Positions 50,126-59,235 of a stretch of DNA of 64,000 bases are shown piece after piece. The translations under genes and the position numbers were made by a program. Within the stretch, counting starts at the first letter, position 1. The number at the start of each line of letters is the position of its first letter. The notes under the pieces were generated by a model that worked only from the letters and a program-made list of their open reading frames with translations, was not told the origin of the DNA and did not search any database. Source of the stretch: Clostridia bacterium (GTDB lineage: Bacteria; Bacillota; Clostridia; UBA1381; UMGS1253). Location of the stretch: assembly GCA_045636325.1 (NCBI GenBank), contig JAZTXH010000016.1:82956-146955 (forward strand), given 5' to 3'.

Positions 50126-51631
50126 ATGCTTATAGGCGGGCTTGATGTAGGAACAACTGGAACAAAGCTTACAGTATATGATACATGTGGCTGTTTTGTA
50201 GAAAATGAATATGTAGAATATGATGTGTCAAGAAAAAATGGCGAAGACGAAATTGATGTGGATGTAATTTTTGCCGCTGTTTGCGATGTTATATCAAAAA
50301 CAGTAAAAAAACATCCTGATCTCGCGGCAATAGGGGTTACAACCTTTGGCGAAACCTTTACAGTTCTTGATGAAAATAACAAGCCTTTATTTCCGGCTAT
50401 GCTTTATACTGATCCAAGAGGAGAAGAAGAAAGCCTGTTGCTTTGCAATTCTATAGGTATTAAAAATCTAAGAAGCATAACCGGTGTTAACCCTCATCAA
50501 ATGTATTCAATTCCTAAAATGATGTGGCTTAAGAATAAAAATCCCGAAGTGTTTGCAAAAGCAAAAAGAATACTTCTTATGGGCGATTATATAGTGTATA
50601 TGCTTACAGGGAAAGCCCAGATAGATTATTCGCTTGCAGCAAGAACTATGGCATTTGATATAGTTGAAAAGAAATGGAGCTCCCAGATTCTTAACTGTGC
50701 CGGCATAGATGAAAGTTTGTTATCCGTACCGGTTCCTACAGGCACACTTGCCGGAACTATATTAAATGACTTGGCAAAAAAGCTTGGGACCTCTGAAAAT
50801 CTTAAGATTGTTACCGGATGTCATGACCAAATAGCCGCGGCTGTCGGAGCTGGAGTTTTTGAATCAGGACAAGCTGTTGACGGAACAGGAACAGTTGAAT
50901 GCGTTACGCCTGTTTTTGACGGTATTCCTGATAATGATGGCATATATGATGGTGGGTATTCTGTAGTTCCGTATGTTTTTGAAAACAAATATGTTTGCTA
51001 TGCCCTGTCATATGCCGGCGGTGCAACTTTGAAATGGTATAGAGATTGTTTTGCAAAATACGAAAAGGAGCTTGCTTGTGAAACAGGCGAAAATGTGTAT
51101 GCATTGCTTGATAAACAGGTATCATCAGCTCCTACGGATTTACTTGTGCTTCCTCACTTTGCCGGAGCGGCGACACCATACATGGATGTTAATGCAAAAG
51201 GTGCAATTATAGGTCTTACTTTTGAACATACAAGCGCAGATATTTATAAGGCAATAATGGAAGGCGCAACTTATGAAATTATGATGAACACGGATCATCT
51301 TAGCAATTTTGGTATTAAAATTGATGAGTTATATGCAACAGGCGGTGGAGCATCGTCTCCGATATGGTTGCAGATTAAAGCGGATATCTTAAACAGACCT
51401 ATAACAACACTTGAATCCCGTGAGGTAGGTGCCTGTGGAATATGTATGCTTACAGCAGTCGCAGTAGGTGCTATAAATAACTTAGCTGAAGCAAAGAAAT
51501 TGTTTGTAAAACAAAATAAAACGTATTATCCGCACGCTGAAAATTCAGCGAAATATAATAAAAACTTTGAAGCATATAAAATGATTTATGATGCAGTACG
51601 CCCTGTTATATCTAAGATTATGGAGGAATAA
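50126..51631 (+). CDS. FGGY-family carbohydrate kinase
   Basis: It contains IGGLDVGTTGTK, GCHDQIAAAVGAG and ATGGGASSPIWLQI. Confidence 0.85.
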   Translation: MLIGGLDVGTTGTKLTVYDTCGCFVENEYVEYDVSRKNGEDEIDVDVIFAAVCDVISKTVKKHPDLAAIGVTTFGETFTVLDENNKPLFPAMLYTDPRGEEESLLLCNSIGIKNLRSITGVNPHQMYSIPKMMWLKNKNPEVFAKAKRILLMGDYIVYMLTGKAQIDYSLAARTMAFDIVEKKWSSQILNCAGIDESLLSVPVPTGTLAGTILNDLAKKLGTSENLKIVTGCHDQIAAAVGAGVFESGQAVDGTGTVECVTPVFDGIPDNDGIYDGGYSVVPYVFENKYVCYALSYAGGATLKWYRDCFAKYEKELACETGENVYALLDKQVSSAPTDLLVLPHFAGAATPYMDVNAKGAIIGLTFEHTSADIYKAIMEGATYEIMMNTDHLSNFGIKIDELYATGGGASSPIWLQIKADILNRPITTLESREVGACGICMLTAVAVGAINNLAEAKKLFVKQNKTYYPHAENSAKYNKNFEAYKMIYDAVRPVISKIMEE

Positions 51632-51634
51632 ACA

Positions 51635-52480
51635 ATGCTTGTAACATTAAAAGAAATTTTAAAAATTGCCAACGAACGAAAGTGCGCAATTGGCTCATTT
51701 AACACACCAAATATGGCAACTATTAAAGCTGTTATTGGCGGGGCAGAGGAAATGAATGAACCTGTAATAATAATGCATGCACAGGTGCACGAAGAAATGG
51801 GTGTTTGCAAGATGAGTGAGATTGCGCCTGTTATGCTTAATATGGCAGATAAAGCAAAGGTACCGGTATGTGTGCATCTTGACCACGGCACAGACCTTGG
51901 ATATGTTAAAAAAGCAATTGAATCAGGGTTTACCTCTGTAATGTATGATGGTTCAGAACTTCAAACATTTATGAATTATGTAAATACTTCTGTTGCCGTA
52001 AAACTTGCAGAAAAAACGGGTGCATCCGTAGAGGCAGAAATTGGTTCTATGGGCAAACGTGAAGGCGGCGGAGGAGAGGGAACAAGTATTTATACTGACC
52101 CTGATGAAGCAAAAGATTTTGCAGAAAAAACAGGTATAGATGCACTTGCGTGTGCATTTGGAACTGCACACGGTATGTATTTAAAAAAACCGAAGCTTGA
52201 TTTTGAAAGATTGGAAACAATAAAATCAAAGGTTCAAATTCCTCTTGTAATGCATGGCGGCTCAGGCGTTAGCCCTGAGGATTATACAAGAGCCATAAAG
52301 TGTGGAATACGTAAAATAAATTACTATACATATATGGCAAATGCAGGAGGTCGTGCGGTAGAAAAGCTGTTTAGAAAGACCTATTATCATGATATAGAGT
52401 TAGCTGCTATTGAAGCTATGAAAGATGATGTTAAAACAGCAATAAATGTATTTTCAGGGCAGAATAGACCTGGATTGTAA
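51635..52480 (+). CDS. class II (FbaA/GatY-type) ketose-phosphate aldolase
   Basis: It contains AIGSFN, VHLDHG, FGTAHG and MHGGSG. Confidence 0.85.
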   Translation: MLVTLKEILKIANERKCAIGSFNTPNMATIKAVIGGAEEMNEPVIIMHAQVHEEMGVCKMSEIAPVMLNMADKAKVPVCVHLDHGTDLGYVKKAIESGFTSVMYDGSELQTFMNYVNTSVAVKLAEKTGASVEAEIGSMGKREGGGGEGTSIYTDPDEAKDFAEKTGIDALACAFGTAHGMYLKKPKLDFERLETIKSKVQIPLVMHGGSGVSPEDYTRAIKCGIRKINYYTYMANAGGRAVEKLFRKTYYHDIELAAIEAMKDDVKTAINVFSGQNRPGL

Positions 52481-52490
52481 ATAAAAGTTT

Positions 52491-52529
52491 AAAATGACAA
52501 TATTCAATAATTGATTATTGTCATTTTTT
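52491..52529 (+). terminator. terminator of the sugar operon
   Basis: aaaatgacaata pairs with tattgtcatttt, followed by a T-run. Confidence 0.75.
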
Positions 52530-52546
52530 ATTGGTTGTGTTAGAAT
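52518..52546 (+). promoter_or_regulatory. promoter at the island edge, overlapped by an 11-bp inverted repeat
   Basis: TTGTCA at 52518-52523, a 17-nt spacer, and TGtTAGAAT ending at 52546. The palindrome gaatagattta (52543-52553) / taaatctattc (52561-52571) spans the -10 and +1 positions. Confidence 0.45.
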
Positions 52547-52572
52547 AGATTTAACAAGGTTAAATCTATTCA

Positions 52573-52732
52573 GTGAATTGCCTTCGGCATGAATTGAAAT
52601 CTATGATTCATGAATTGAGTCTTACGGCTCATGAATTGCACCTATTGGTGCATTAAGGCAATTCACTTCATGGAGCAATAGCGAGAATTCATGGCGGAAC
52701 GCCAATTAATGACAAGGTCGTTGTCAATTCAT
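52573..52732. repeat. array of eight RTGAATTG octamers, four forward then four inverted, each spacer holding a mini-hairpin
   Basis: Forward copies start at 52573, 52589, 52610 and 52631. Inverted copies start at 52659, 52685, 52703 and 52725. Spacing is 16-28 nt. Spacer hairpins are gcc-ttc-ggc, tgcacc-tatt-ggtgca, ggcg-gaa-cgcc and tgacaa-ggtcg-ttgtca. Confidence 0.8.
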
Positions 52733-52945
52733 TATGATTTTTAATCTTGAACACTATTCATTAGGGACCAAAGGCGAAACCTTAGTATTTATGCGGGTTT
52801 GCGGAGTTGCGGTTCACTTTTGTTTGCTATAAAATCAGCAAATAACAACTCGAATTTCGAAAGGTGGTAGGTATTTATCATAAATATTCGCTGTAAGCGA
52901 TGAGAACTTTAGTTCTTATAAAAATTAAAAACAAGTATGTTTTTT

Positions 52946-52982
52946 TGGCAGACTATAGAAAACTATAGTCTGCCATTTTTTG
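52946..52982 (+). terminator. strong intrinsic terminator 40 nt upstream of the first island ORF
   Basis: tggcagactatag pairs with ctatagtctgcca (13 bp, 4-nt loop), followed by T6. Confidence 0.8.
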
Positions 52983-53023
52983 TATCAGTTATTAAAATTT
53001 TGAAAAATTAGGAGGATTAAAAA

Positions 53024-53689
53024 ATGGTTGAATATTTTGTAACAAAAGGAAAATTGGTAGTAAGAAACGGTGAGCCACTTGTGATGGCGGATGTAGAAAC
53101 AAAAGCACTTTCACAGCCAGAGTTCATTTTATGGACAAGTCTGCATTGGAATGTATTAAATCGGGAATCGCTCAAAACAGAGTTTGACAGAAGAATGAGA
53201 AAATACAATCTAAACTTAGATGTTTCGTTTGAGCAGACACTTTCAAGACTTAAAACCAGAGGGCTTGTGGCATCAAAGTCAGATTATCTTGCAGTTGATG
53301 CGCTGTACAATCTGGTAAAGGATTTGTATGTGGTTCCCCTTGGAACAGTCAATGTATTTAAAAAGGCAATGATGTTTGGAGCTATGCTTATCAATGGAGT
53401 TCCCTTTGATAAATGCAGAGAGGCTATGAATGATTTCAATCTAAAGCGCCTTGAAAAACAAATTGTTGGTTTTTTAAAAAGACTTAAAGTCTCAGGGGCA
53501 GAGCTTATCCGCATCAACGATAAAGATTTATGGAATATAAAGTCTGAAGAAGATATTGTTCCGCTTGCGTACGATGAGCACGAAGATATGAATTCTCTGG
53601 GGAACAGTACAAGATTTTCAAAGGACAAAAACAAAGTCCTTGAAGCAATCGTGAATCTGTACTTAAAGAAACAAATTGTATTTGAATAA
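53024..53689 (+). CDS. hypothetical protein (221 aa)
   Basis: A GGAGGA SD is present. I recognise no family. Confidence 0.55.
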   Translation: MVEYFVTKGKLVVRNGEPLVMADVETKALSQPEFILWTSLHWNVLNRESLKTEFDRRMRKYNLNLDVSFEQTLSRLKTRGLVASKSDYLAVDALYNLVKDLYVVPLGTVNVFKKAMMFGAMLINGVPFDKCREAMNDFNLKRLEKQIVGFLKRLKVSGAELIRINDKDLWNIKSEEDIVPLAYDEHEDMNSLGNSTRFSKDKNKVLEAIVNLYLKKQIVFE

Positions 53690-53708
53690 TAGAAAGGTTT
53701 GGTGAATT

Positions 53709-54359
53709 ATGAAAAGGGCAGTAAGTATTTTATTAATGGTTGTAATGATGACAATGTGCATGAGCGTATCAGCTCAAAGCAATGTAAAAGTAACGCTCGA
53801 CGGAAATGAGATTTCTTTTCCTGATGCAAAACCCTTTATTGATCAGCGGGATAGAGTTTTAGTACCAATCAGATTTGTATCAGAGGCACTCGGTGCTCTG
53901 GTAGATTGGGAAAACAAATCAAGAACTGCAGTTATTAAACAAGATGACGATGAAATCCGTTATACAGTTTATCAGCCAATGGCATACTTAAACGGCGAAA
54001 TGATGGTTATGGATACATACGGAATTTTGAAAGACCAGAGAACTATGGTTCCTATAAGATTTATTTCTGAACTTTTGGGCTGTGATGTTGCCTGGGATGA
54101 AAATAACTCAACAGTTATTATTACATCTCCAAAGGATGCAGTTGAGTTCCCTGAACCTCAGATTTCTGTAAATTATCCAAAGAGTATTTCAGACAAAAGA
54201 CTTCTTTGGATTAATATTGACAATTACAGAGATTTTGAGCGCAGCGGTAATTATGAATTTAAAGTTGAGTTTATAAATCCTGTGCAGTTCAATACATACG
54301 AACAGGATGAGGGAGCAATCAACGGTTGGCAAAAGTATTCAAGATGCAATTTTGTATAA
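53709..54359 (+). CDS. secreted protein with a copper-amine-oxidase-N-terminal-like (stalk) domain
   Basis: It has a signal peptide. Repeats are VLVPIRFVSEALGALVDWE and TMVPIRFISELLGCDVAWD. Its 3' end abuts a truncated gene fragment. Confidence 0.65.
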   Translation: MKRAVSILLMVVMMTMCMSVSAQSNVKVTLDGNEISFPDAKPFIDQRDRVLVPIRFVSEALGALVDWENKSRTAVIKQDDDEIRYTVYQPMAYLNGEMMVMDTYGILKDQRTMVPIRFISELLGCDVAWDENNSTVIITSPKDAVEFPEPQISVNYPKSISDKRLLWINIDNYRDFERSGNYEFKVEFINPVQFNTYEQDEGAINGWQKYSRCNFV

Positions 54360-54369
54360 CTGTGAATCT

Positions 54370-54630
54370 GTTGCTATTGACGAAAAGGTTATGATGTGTA
54401 TTGAATTTGTATATAGTGAAGATTACGACAGAATATTAAGAGGTGACCACGACAATAAGGAAGTTAAACAGGTAATTGACGCAATTTCAAGTTTTGTTGT
54501 GACAAATGACAGTGATTATTATTTAAGCATTTGTCAAATTTCCTCTGTAGGTAAGTATAGTCATACAAAGGTTTATGTAATGCCTGAAAAAGACTTTGGA
54601 GAGTTCTTTTTGAAACATCAAAACAAGTAA
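54370..54630 (+). pseudogene. 5'-truncated copy of the RusA-like gene (homolog of 56302..56973)
   Basis: EKVMMCIEFVYSEDYDRILRGDHDNKEVKQVIDAISSFVV... aligns with the C-terminal ~85 aa of the 223-aa paralog. No N-terminal part or start codon is present. Confidence 0.6.
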
Positions 54631-54790
54631 ATGAATATCCAAAAACCGTATCACAAAACGGCGTTTTAAAGACAAATTTTTGCGACGTGGAGAAAAGGCC
54701 GTAAAAACGGGATTTCCGAGGCCTTTTCTCCAAATAAAAAAGACCGTAAATAAGGAACTTGGATTAAAATAAGCAGGTGAAAGTAAAACT

Positions 54791-55927
54791 ATGATAAGAG
54801 AGCAGACAATAGAATATAAGATAGTAAGTTTAATAGGATTAGCAGGAGAAGTACAGACAGAAGAGTTATATAAATTGAAATATGGAAAAGAGTATATAAG
54901 GAAAACGATAAGTAAGTTAATAACAAATAAATATATTAAAGTATATAAATTCAATAATAAAAAATATTTAAGATTAACGGTATCGTGTAAAAGATATTTA
55001 AAAGAATACCATTCAGATAGATTTGAAAATATGTTTGATGGAGCGAGCAGGACCAATAAGGTGAGAAATGATGAACACAGAGGGATAAGGAATCACAGAC
55101 TCGCTGAAATATTAATTCTCTTAGACCTTGCAGACATAAAAATTTTTGCGGATGAAAAAAGCCTGATGGAAAAAACTCTTGGATTTGAAAGAAGAAACGG
55201 CACAGACTTAACAGACTATTGTGCAGAGAAAAACACAGCAGAGTTTTATACGGCAGATGAATTAAAAGCAGCAGGATTATTTAAGAATGCAAGAACGTCA
55301 AGAGCAATGGGAGTTATCTTCTCTTATCCAGAGGTTTATATAATATATAATTTTGGCGATGAGGTTTTGAAAATGGAGAATAAAACTGAGGAATCATTTT
55401 TCTCCAAAGCAAAATTGGCATTTTATTTTGAACTGCAGGAAAAACACTATTATGAATTTCCAAGAATTATTTATGTAGGAAACAGTATGGATCTTGCAAA
55501 TAAGATTATGAACGCAAGAAAAGGAGCAGTAAAAAAGATATTTAACTCATGGACGGACTATCCGCATGTTCTCTTCATTGATGCATCAAATCACGCTCCT
55601 GAGCAACTTAAATATATTATAAACGCTACTCGTAGAGATGAAATAAAGGATGTTATATATAATAATTTTGGCGGAGATAACGAAGCTTTATATGTTGCCA
55701 ATACAATGGATCACAAAACTGAAATTATGGATTGCACCAATTTCAATCTCGTAGCTATTAATCTTTATAAAAGAGAAAGAGAAAGTTATGATGAAAAAAC
55801 TAAAAAAATAATAGTTGTCAGCATTGATTATCAATTTCCTTACATGAAAAAATATTTCAGAAAAAAAAGAGATGTTGAACACTATCAGATTATTTCAGAA
55901 GATATATATGGAACGGGGGACACCTGA
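54791..55927 (+). CDS. hypothetical 378-aa protein, copy A (N-terminal winged-helix-like region)
   Basis: It is a paralog of 57146..58282, with the same length and a shared QTIEYK..VS.IGLAGE.QTEE.YKLKYGKEYIRKTISKLIT N-terminus. Confidence 0.6.
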   Translation: MIREQTIEYKIVSLIGLAGEVQTEELYKLKYGKEYIRKTISKLITNKYIKVYKFNNKKYLRLTVSCKRYLKEYHSDRFENMFDGASRTNKVRNDEHRGIRNHRLAEILILLDLADIKIFADEKSLMEKTLGFERRNGTDLTDYCAEKNTAEFYTADELKAAGLFKNARTSRAMGVIFSYPEVYIIYNFGDEVLKMENKTEESFFSKAKLAFYFELQEKHYYEFPRIIYVGNSMDLANKIMNARKGAVKKIFNSWTDYPHVLFIDASNHAPEQLKYIINATRRDEIKDVIYNNFGGDNEALYVANTMDHKTEIMDCTNFNLVAINLYKRERESYDEKTKKIIVVSIDYQFPYMKKYFRKKRDVEHYQIISEDIYGTGDT

Positions 55928-55934
55928 CAACAAA

Positions 55935-56290
55935 ATATACAATTAAAAAGAAAAGAATTTTGTGTAGATACCCAAAATAGTATTTTGACAAGTCCCGATA
56001 TAAGCCTTAAAGCAAAAGGTATGCTTGCTCTGAGGCTTTCACTTCTGGGTAACTGAAAATTTAAGAATAAAACTTACAGGAGAAATTAATGAGTATCTTT
56101 TCGTAGAAGAATTAAAAATGCCGTATGAAATAGAAAAATACATTGAATAAAGAGAATCCAGAGACGGATTTTTTAGTTCTTGTAAAACCAGAGCAAGAAA
56201 TTCCAGTTCTGGATAATCCTTTACTGGAGTTTCCAATGTAGGATATCCCAGAAGAGGAAAATGCTGACACATATAAATAAATAGTAACGG
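55935..56290 (+). pseudogene. decayed copy of the HTH/replication-initiator-like gene (homolog of 58279..59235)
   Basis: The fragments SPDISLKAKGMLAL and IPVLDNP..E.P...IPEEE match the intact copy. They are interrupted by stops and frameshifts and by a large internal deletion. Confidence 0.55.
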
Positions 56291-56301
56291 AGGAGTAAAA
56301 A

Positions 56302-56973
56302 ATGATCTACAAAAATATTGACACAAGCAGTGTAAAAGCGGAATTGGATTTTGATCAAATTCAAAGCGATTTGGCAAAGTTCAAAAGCCACACGTCGATG
56401 CCGCAAGATGATGTAATAACACTTATGAATTATATCGACAAATTTGAGCGATTGATAGCAGACAAAGATTATAATGAGCTTGAATACAGTGCGGAGTGTT
56501 TTATGTGTAATCTTCGCGACATTCTGGCAAATGTAAAACAAGAGCCGAGAAAAAGAGCACTTACTAAATGTGCAGATAGAATGGGCATAACAGTACAGAA
56601 AACAAATGGCGTTCTGGAAATAACATTACCTATGATACTGCCGAAGAAAACAAAAACAAAAGCAGACTATTTATTCGATCCGATATTTCACGCGATGGAA
56701 GAATTTTCGAAAAACGAACCTCTTTTTATAAAAGAAAAAGCAATGATGTGCATCGAATTTATCTACGATAAAAATAAGAAAAATATTCCGCGTGGTGACC
56801 ACGACAATAAGGAAGTCAAGCAGGTAATTGATGCAATTGCCTCCTTTGTTGTACGGGATGACAGTGATGACTATTTAAGTCTTTGCCAGATTTCGTCTGA
56901 AGGTGATTATAATCACACAAAGGTTTATGTTATGCCCGAAAAAGATTTTGCAGAATTCTTTTTGAATCATTAA
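56302..56973 (+). CDS. RusA-like (Holliday-junction-resolvase fold) domain protein with a ~95-aa N-terminal extension
   Basis: The C-terminal half carries RGDHDNKEVKQVIDAI...DDSD. This matches the RusA D-x-D-N-x-x-K-x-x-x-D-A ... DD pattern. Confidence 0.5.
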   Translation: MIYKNIDTSSVKAELDFDQIQSDLAKFKSHTSMPQDDVITLMNYIDKFERLIADKDYNELEYSAECFMCNLRDILANVKQEPRKRALTKCADRMGITVQKTNGVLEITLPMILPKKTKTKADYLFDPIFHAMEEFSKNEPLFIKEKAMMCIEFIYDKNKKNIPRGDHDNKEVKQVIDAIASFVVRDDSDDYLSLCQISSEGDYNHTKVYVMPEKDFAEFFLNH

Positions 56974-57145
56974 AATAGTTAGAAAATGCCGCAAAAACCG
57001 TATCACAAAACGGCGTTTTTAATCGAAAATTTTGTGACATGGCGAAAAGCCCATAAAACCGGGATTTTCGAGGCTTTTTCTCTGATAAAAAAAGACCGTA
57101 AATAAGAAGATTGGATAAAAATAAAGCAAAGGAGTGAAAACAGAT

Positions 57146-58282
57146 ATGATTAAAAAGCAGACAATAGAATATAAACTGGTAAGCATAATAGGATTAGCAG
57201 GAGAGATACAGACGGAAGAAATATATAAATTAAAATACGGAAAAGAGTATATAAGAAAAACAATAAGCAAGTTAATAACAAAGAAATGTATTAAAGTATA
57301 TAAGTTTGATAATAAGAAATATTTAAGATTAACAGTAGCTTGTAAAAAATACTTATTGGAAAATTATCCTGAAAGATTTGAGTCTATATTAAAAGGTGCA
57401 GCCAGAGCTAACAAAATACGAAACGAGGAACACAGACGAACAAGGTATCACAGACTTGGCGAGCTTTTAATTCTTTTAGACCTTGCAGACATAAAAATAT
57501 TCGCTGATGAAAAAACTCTTTGGAAAAAGACTCATGGGTTTCAAGAAGCAGACGGAACAGACTTCACAGACTATTCACCGGATAAAAAGACTGCTGAGTT
57601 TTATACAGCAACGGAATTAAAAAGCTTTGGATTTTTTGGAAATGCAAGAACATCAAGAGCGATGGGAATCATATACTCTCATCCGGATGTTTTTGTAATA
57701 TACTACTTTGTCAATGAATTTCCCAAATTGGAATACAAAACTGAAAGTAGTTTTTGTCACAGTGCGGGTTCCGGCATTCATTCTAATTTGAGGCACGATT
57801 ATCATGCTCGTGCAAAAATAATTTTCGTTGGAGACAGTATGAAAATATTTAACGATATTTTACGTGATAAAAGAAAGTCCACAGAGAAAATTCTTAGGAT
57901 GAATGATGATAGTGACCCTGTTATGTTCCTTGATAAATCTCATCTTGGTTCAAGACAACTTATGTATTTTATCAACGAAAGAGCCAGGAATGAAATGAAA
58001 ATGTTTTCTTGTGATTATTTTGGAGCTGAAACTACAGGATGGCATATAGGTTACATTCCCAATACGGGCAAGATTGTCAGAGATTGCACTATATGCAACC
58101 CGAGGGTTATTTCATATATTAAATACATCAGCAAAGGAGAAGCTGTTGAGTATAAAGCGGTAAATGTAATGTGTTTTGATTTTCAATATGAATGCATAAA
58201 GAAATATATTGGCGATTCTGATAACGTTACATATTACACATACGATTCAGAAAAGGTACTAGGAACGGAGGAAACGAGATGA
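57146..58282 (+). CDS. hypothetical 378-aa protein, copy B
   Basis: It is a paralog of 54791..55927. The start is set at the ATG after AAGGAG, by homology. Confidence 0.6.
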   Translation: MIKKQTIEYKLVSIIGLAGEIQTEEIYKLKYGKEYIRKTISKLITKKCIKVYKFDNKKYLRLTVACKKYLLENYPERFESILKGAARANKIRNEEHRRTRYHRLGELLILLDLADIKIFADEKTLWKKTHGFQEADGTDFTDYSPDKKTAEFYTATELKSFGFFGNARTSRAMGIIYSHPDVFVIYYFVNEFPKLEYKTESSFCHSAGSGIHSNLRHDYHARAKIIFVGDSMKIFNDILRDKRKSTEKILRMNDDSDPVMFLDKSHLGSRQLMYFINERARNEMKMFSCDYFGAETTGWHIGYIPNTGKIVRDCTICNPRVISYIKYISKGEAVEYKAVNVMCFDFQYECIKKYIGDSDNVTYYTYDSEKVLGTEETR

Positions 58283-59235
58283 AAAAACATATAACTAAAA
58301 AAGAAAAAGGATTTGTGCAGGTAGCTAATAATATACTGTCGGATCCTGATATAAGCTTAAAAGCAAAAGCTGTACTTACTATTATGTTATCGCTCCCGGA
58401 GAACTGGGATTTCAGTATAGAAGGAATTGCAGGCAAATGCAAAGAAAGCAAAGATTGTATTGCTAAAGCAATAAATGAACTTATAGATGCAGGTTACGTA
58501 AAAAGGACAAAAACACGCGGAGATGATGGCAGAATAACAAAATGGGATTATGAAGTTTTTGAAGAACCGTATATATTAAATCAACAAAATGATAATAATG
58601 AAAAGTCGTGTGAGGAAGAGAATAACACGGTTCTTTCGCCTGCAGAAAGCGTTTCTCAAGATAATTTTGACGCAGAAGAAACAGAAGATGAAACTCCAGT
58701 TCTTGAAAACCCAGTTCTGGATAATCCTTCTATGGAAATTCCATCAGAGGATATTCCAGATGAGGAAGGTGAGGATACATATAATACTTTAATAAATAAA
58801 AAAGAAAATAATAATATTTTATTTAATAATATCCAATCCAATCCTATCCCATCTAAGAATAAAATAAGTTTTAATATGTCTGAGATAGAATTAACAAGAT
58901 TTACTGTTGAAGAAAATATTGATTACGATATTCTTCTTGAAAATTTTCCTAACCGGAAAGCTATGATTGACGAAATCGTAAATCTTATGGTTGAAGTACT
59001 CTGTTCCAAAAGAGAAACCATAACCATCGCAAGCGACACTCATCCGATAGAGCAGGTCAAGAAACGCTTTAAATCCATAGATAGCGGGCATATAGAGTAC
59101 ATATTGGAGTGCCTGGATAAAAACACAACCGACATCCGTAACATAAAGCAATATCTGCTATCAGTTATTTTTAACGCTCCCCAGACGATGGATAACTATT
59201 ATACCGCCGCTGTAAAACATGATTTATACGGATAG
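58279..59235 (+). CDS. HTH-domain protein, replication-initiator/DnaD-like N-terminus with an acidic Pro-rich linker
   Basis: It contains GFVQVANNILSDPDISLKAKAVLTIMLSLPENWDFS (winged-helix type) and ENPVLDNPSMEIPSEDIPDEE. Its ATG overlaps the upstream stop (ATGA). Confidence 0.55.
   Translation: MKKHITKKEKGFVQVANNILSDPDISLKAKAVLTIMLSLPENWDFSIEGIAGKCKESKDCIAKAINELIDAGYVKRTKTRGDDGRITKWDYEVFEEPYILNQQNDNNEKSCEEENNTVLSPAESVSQDNFDAEETEDETPVLENPVLDNPSMEIPSEDIPDEEGEDTYNTLINKKENNNILFNNIQSNPIPSKNKISFNMSEIELTRFTVEENIDYDILLENFPNRKAMIDEIVNLMVEVLCSKRETITIASDTHPIEQVKKRFKSIDSGHIEYILECLDKNTTDIRNIKQYLLSVIFNAPQTMDNYYTAAVKHDLYG

Noticed and set aside
52573-52732. CRISPR array or retron msr/msd as an explanation for the octamer repeats
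   Set aside because: The repeats are only 8 nt, have mixed orientation and irregular 16-28 nt spacing, and no cas or reverse-transcriptase gene is nearby.
52749-52773. Imperfect terminal inverted repeat of the island (gaacactattcattagggaccaaag versus the reverse complement of 63565-63589, 18 of 25 matches)
   Set aside because: By rough binomial estimate, about one such match is expected by chance across the two ~300-nt regions I compared. It is not significant without further evidence.
52829-52839. 11-nt direct repeat ATAAAATCAGC, also present at 63536-63546, as possible att or target-site duplication
   Set aside because: The significance is marginal in AT-rich DNA. Its position inside the putative inverted repeats is the wrong geometry for a target-site duplication.
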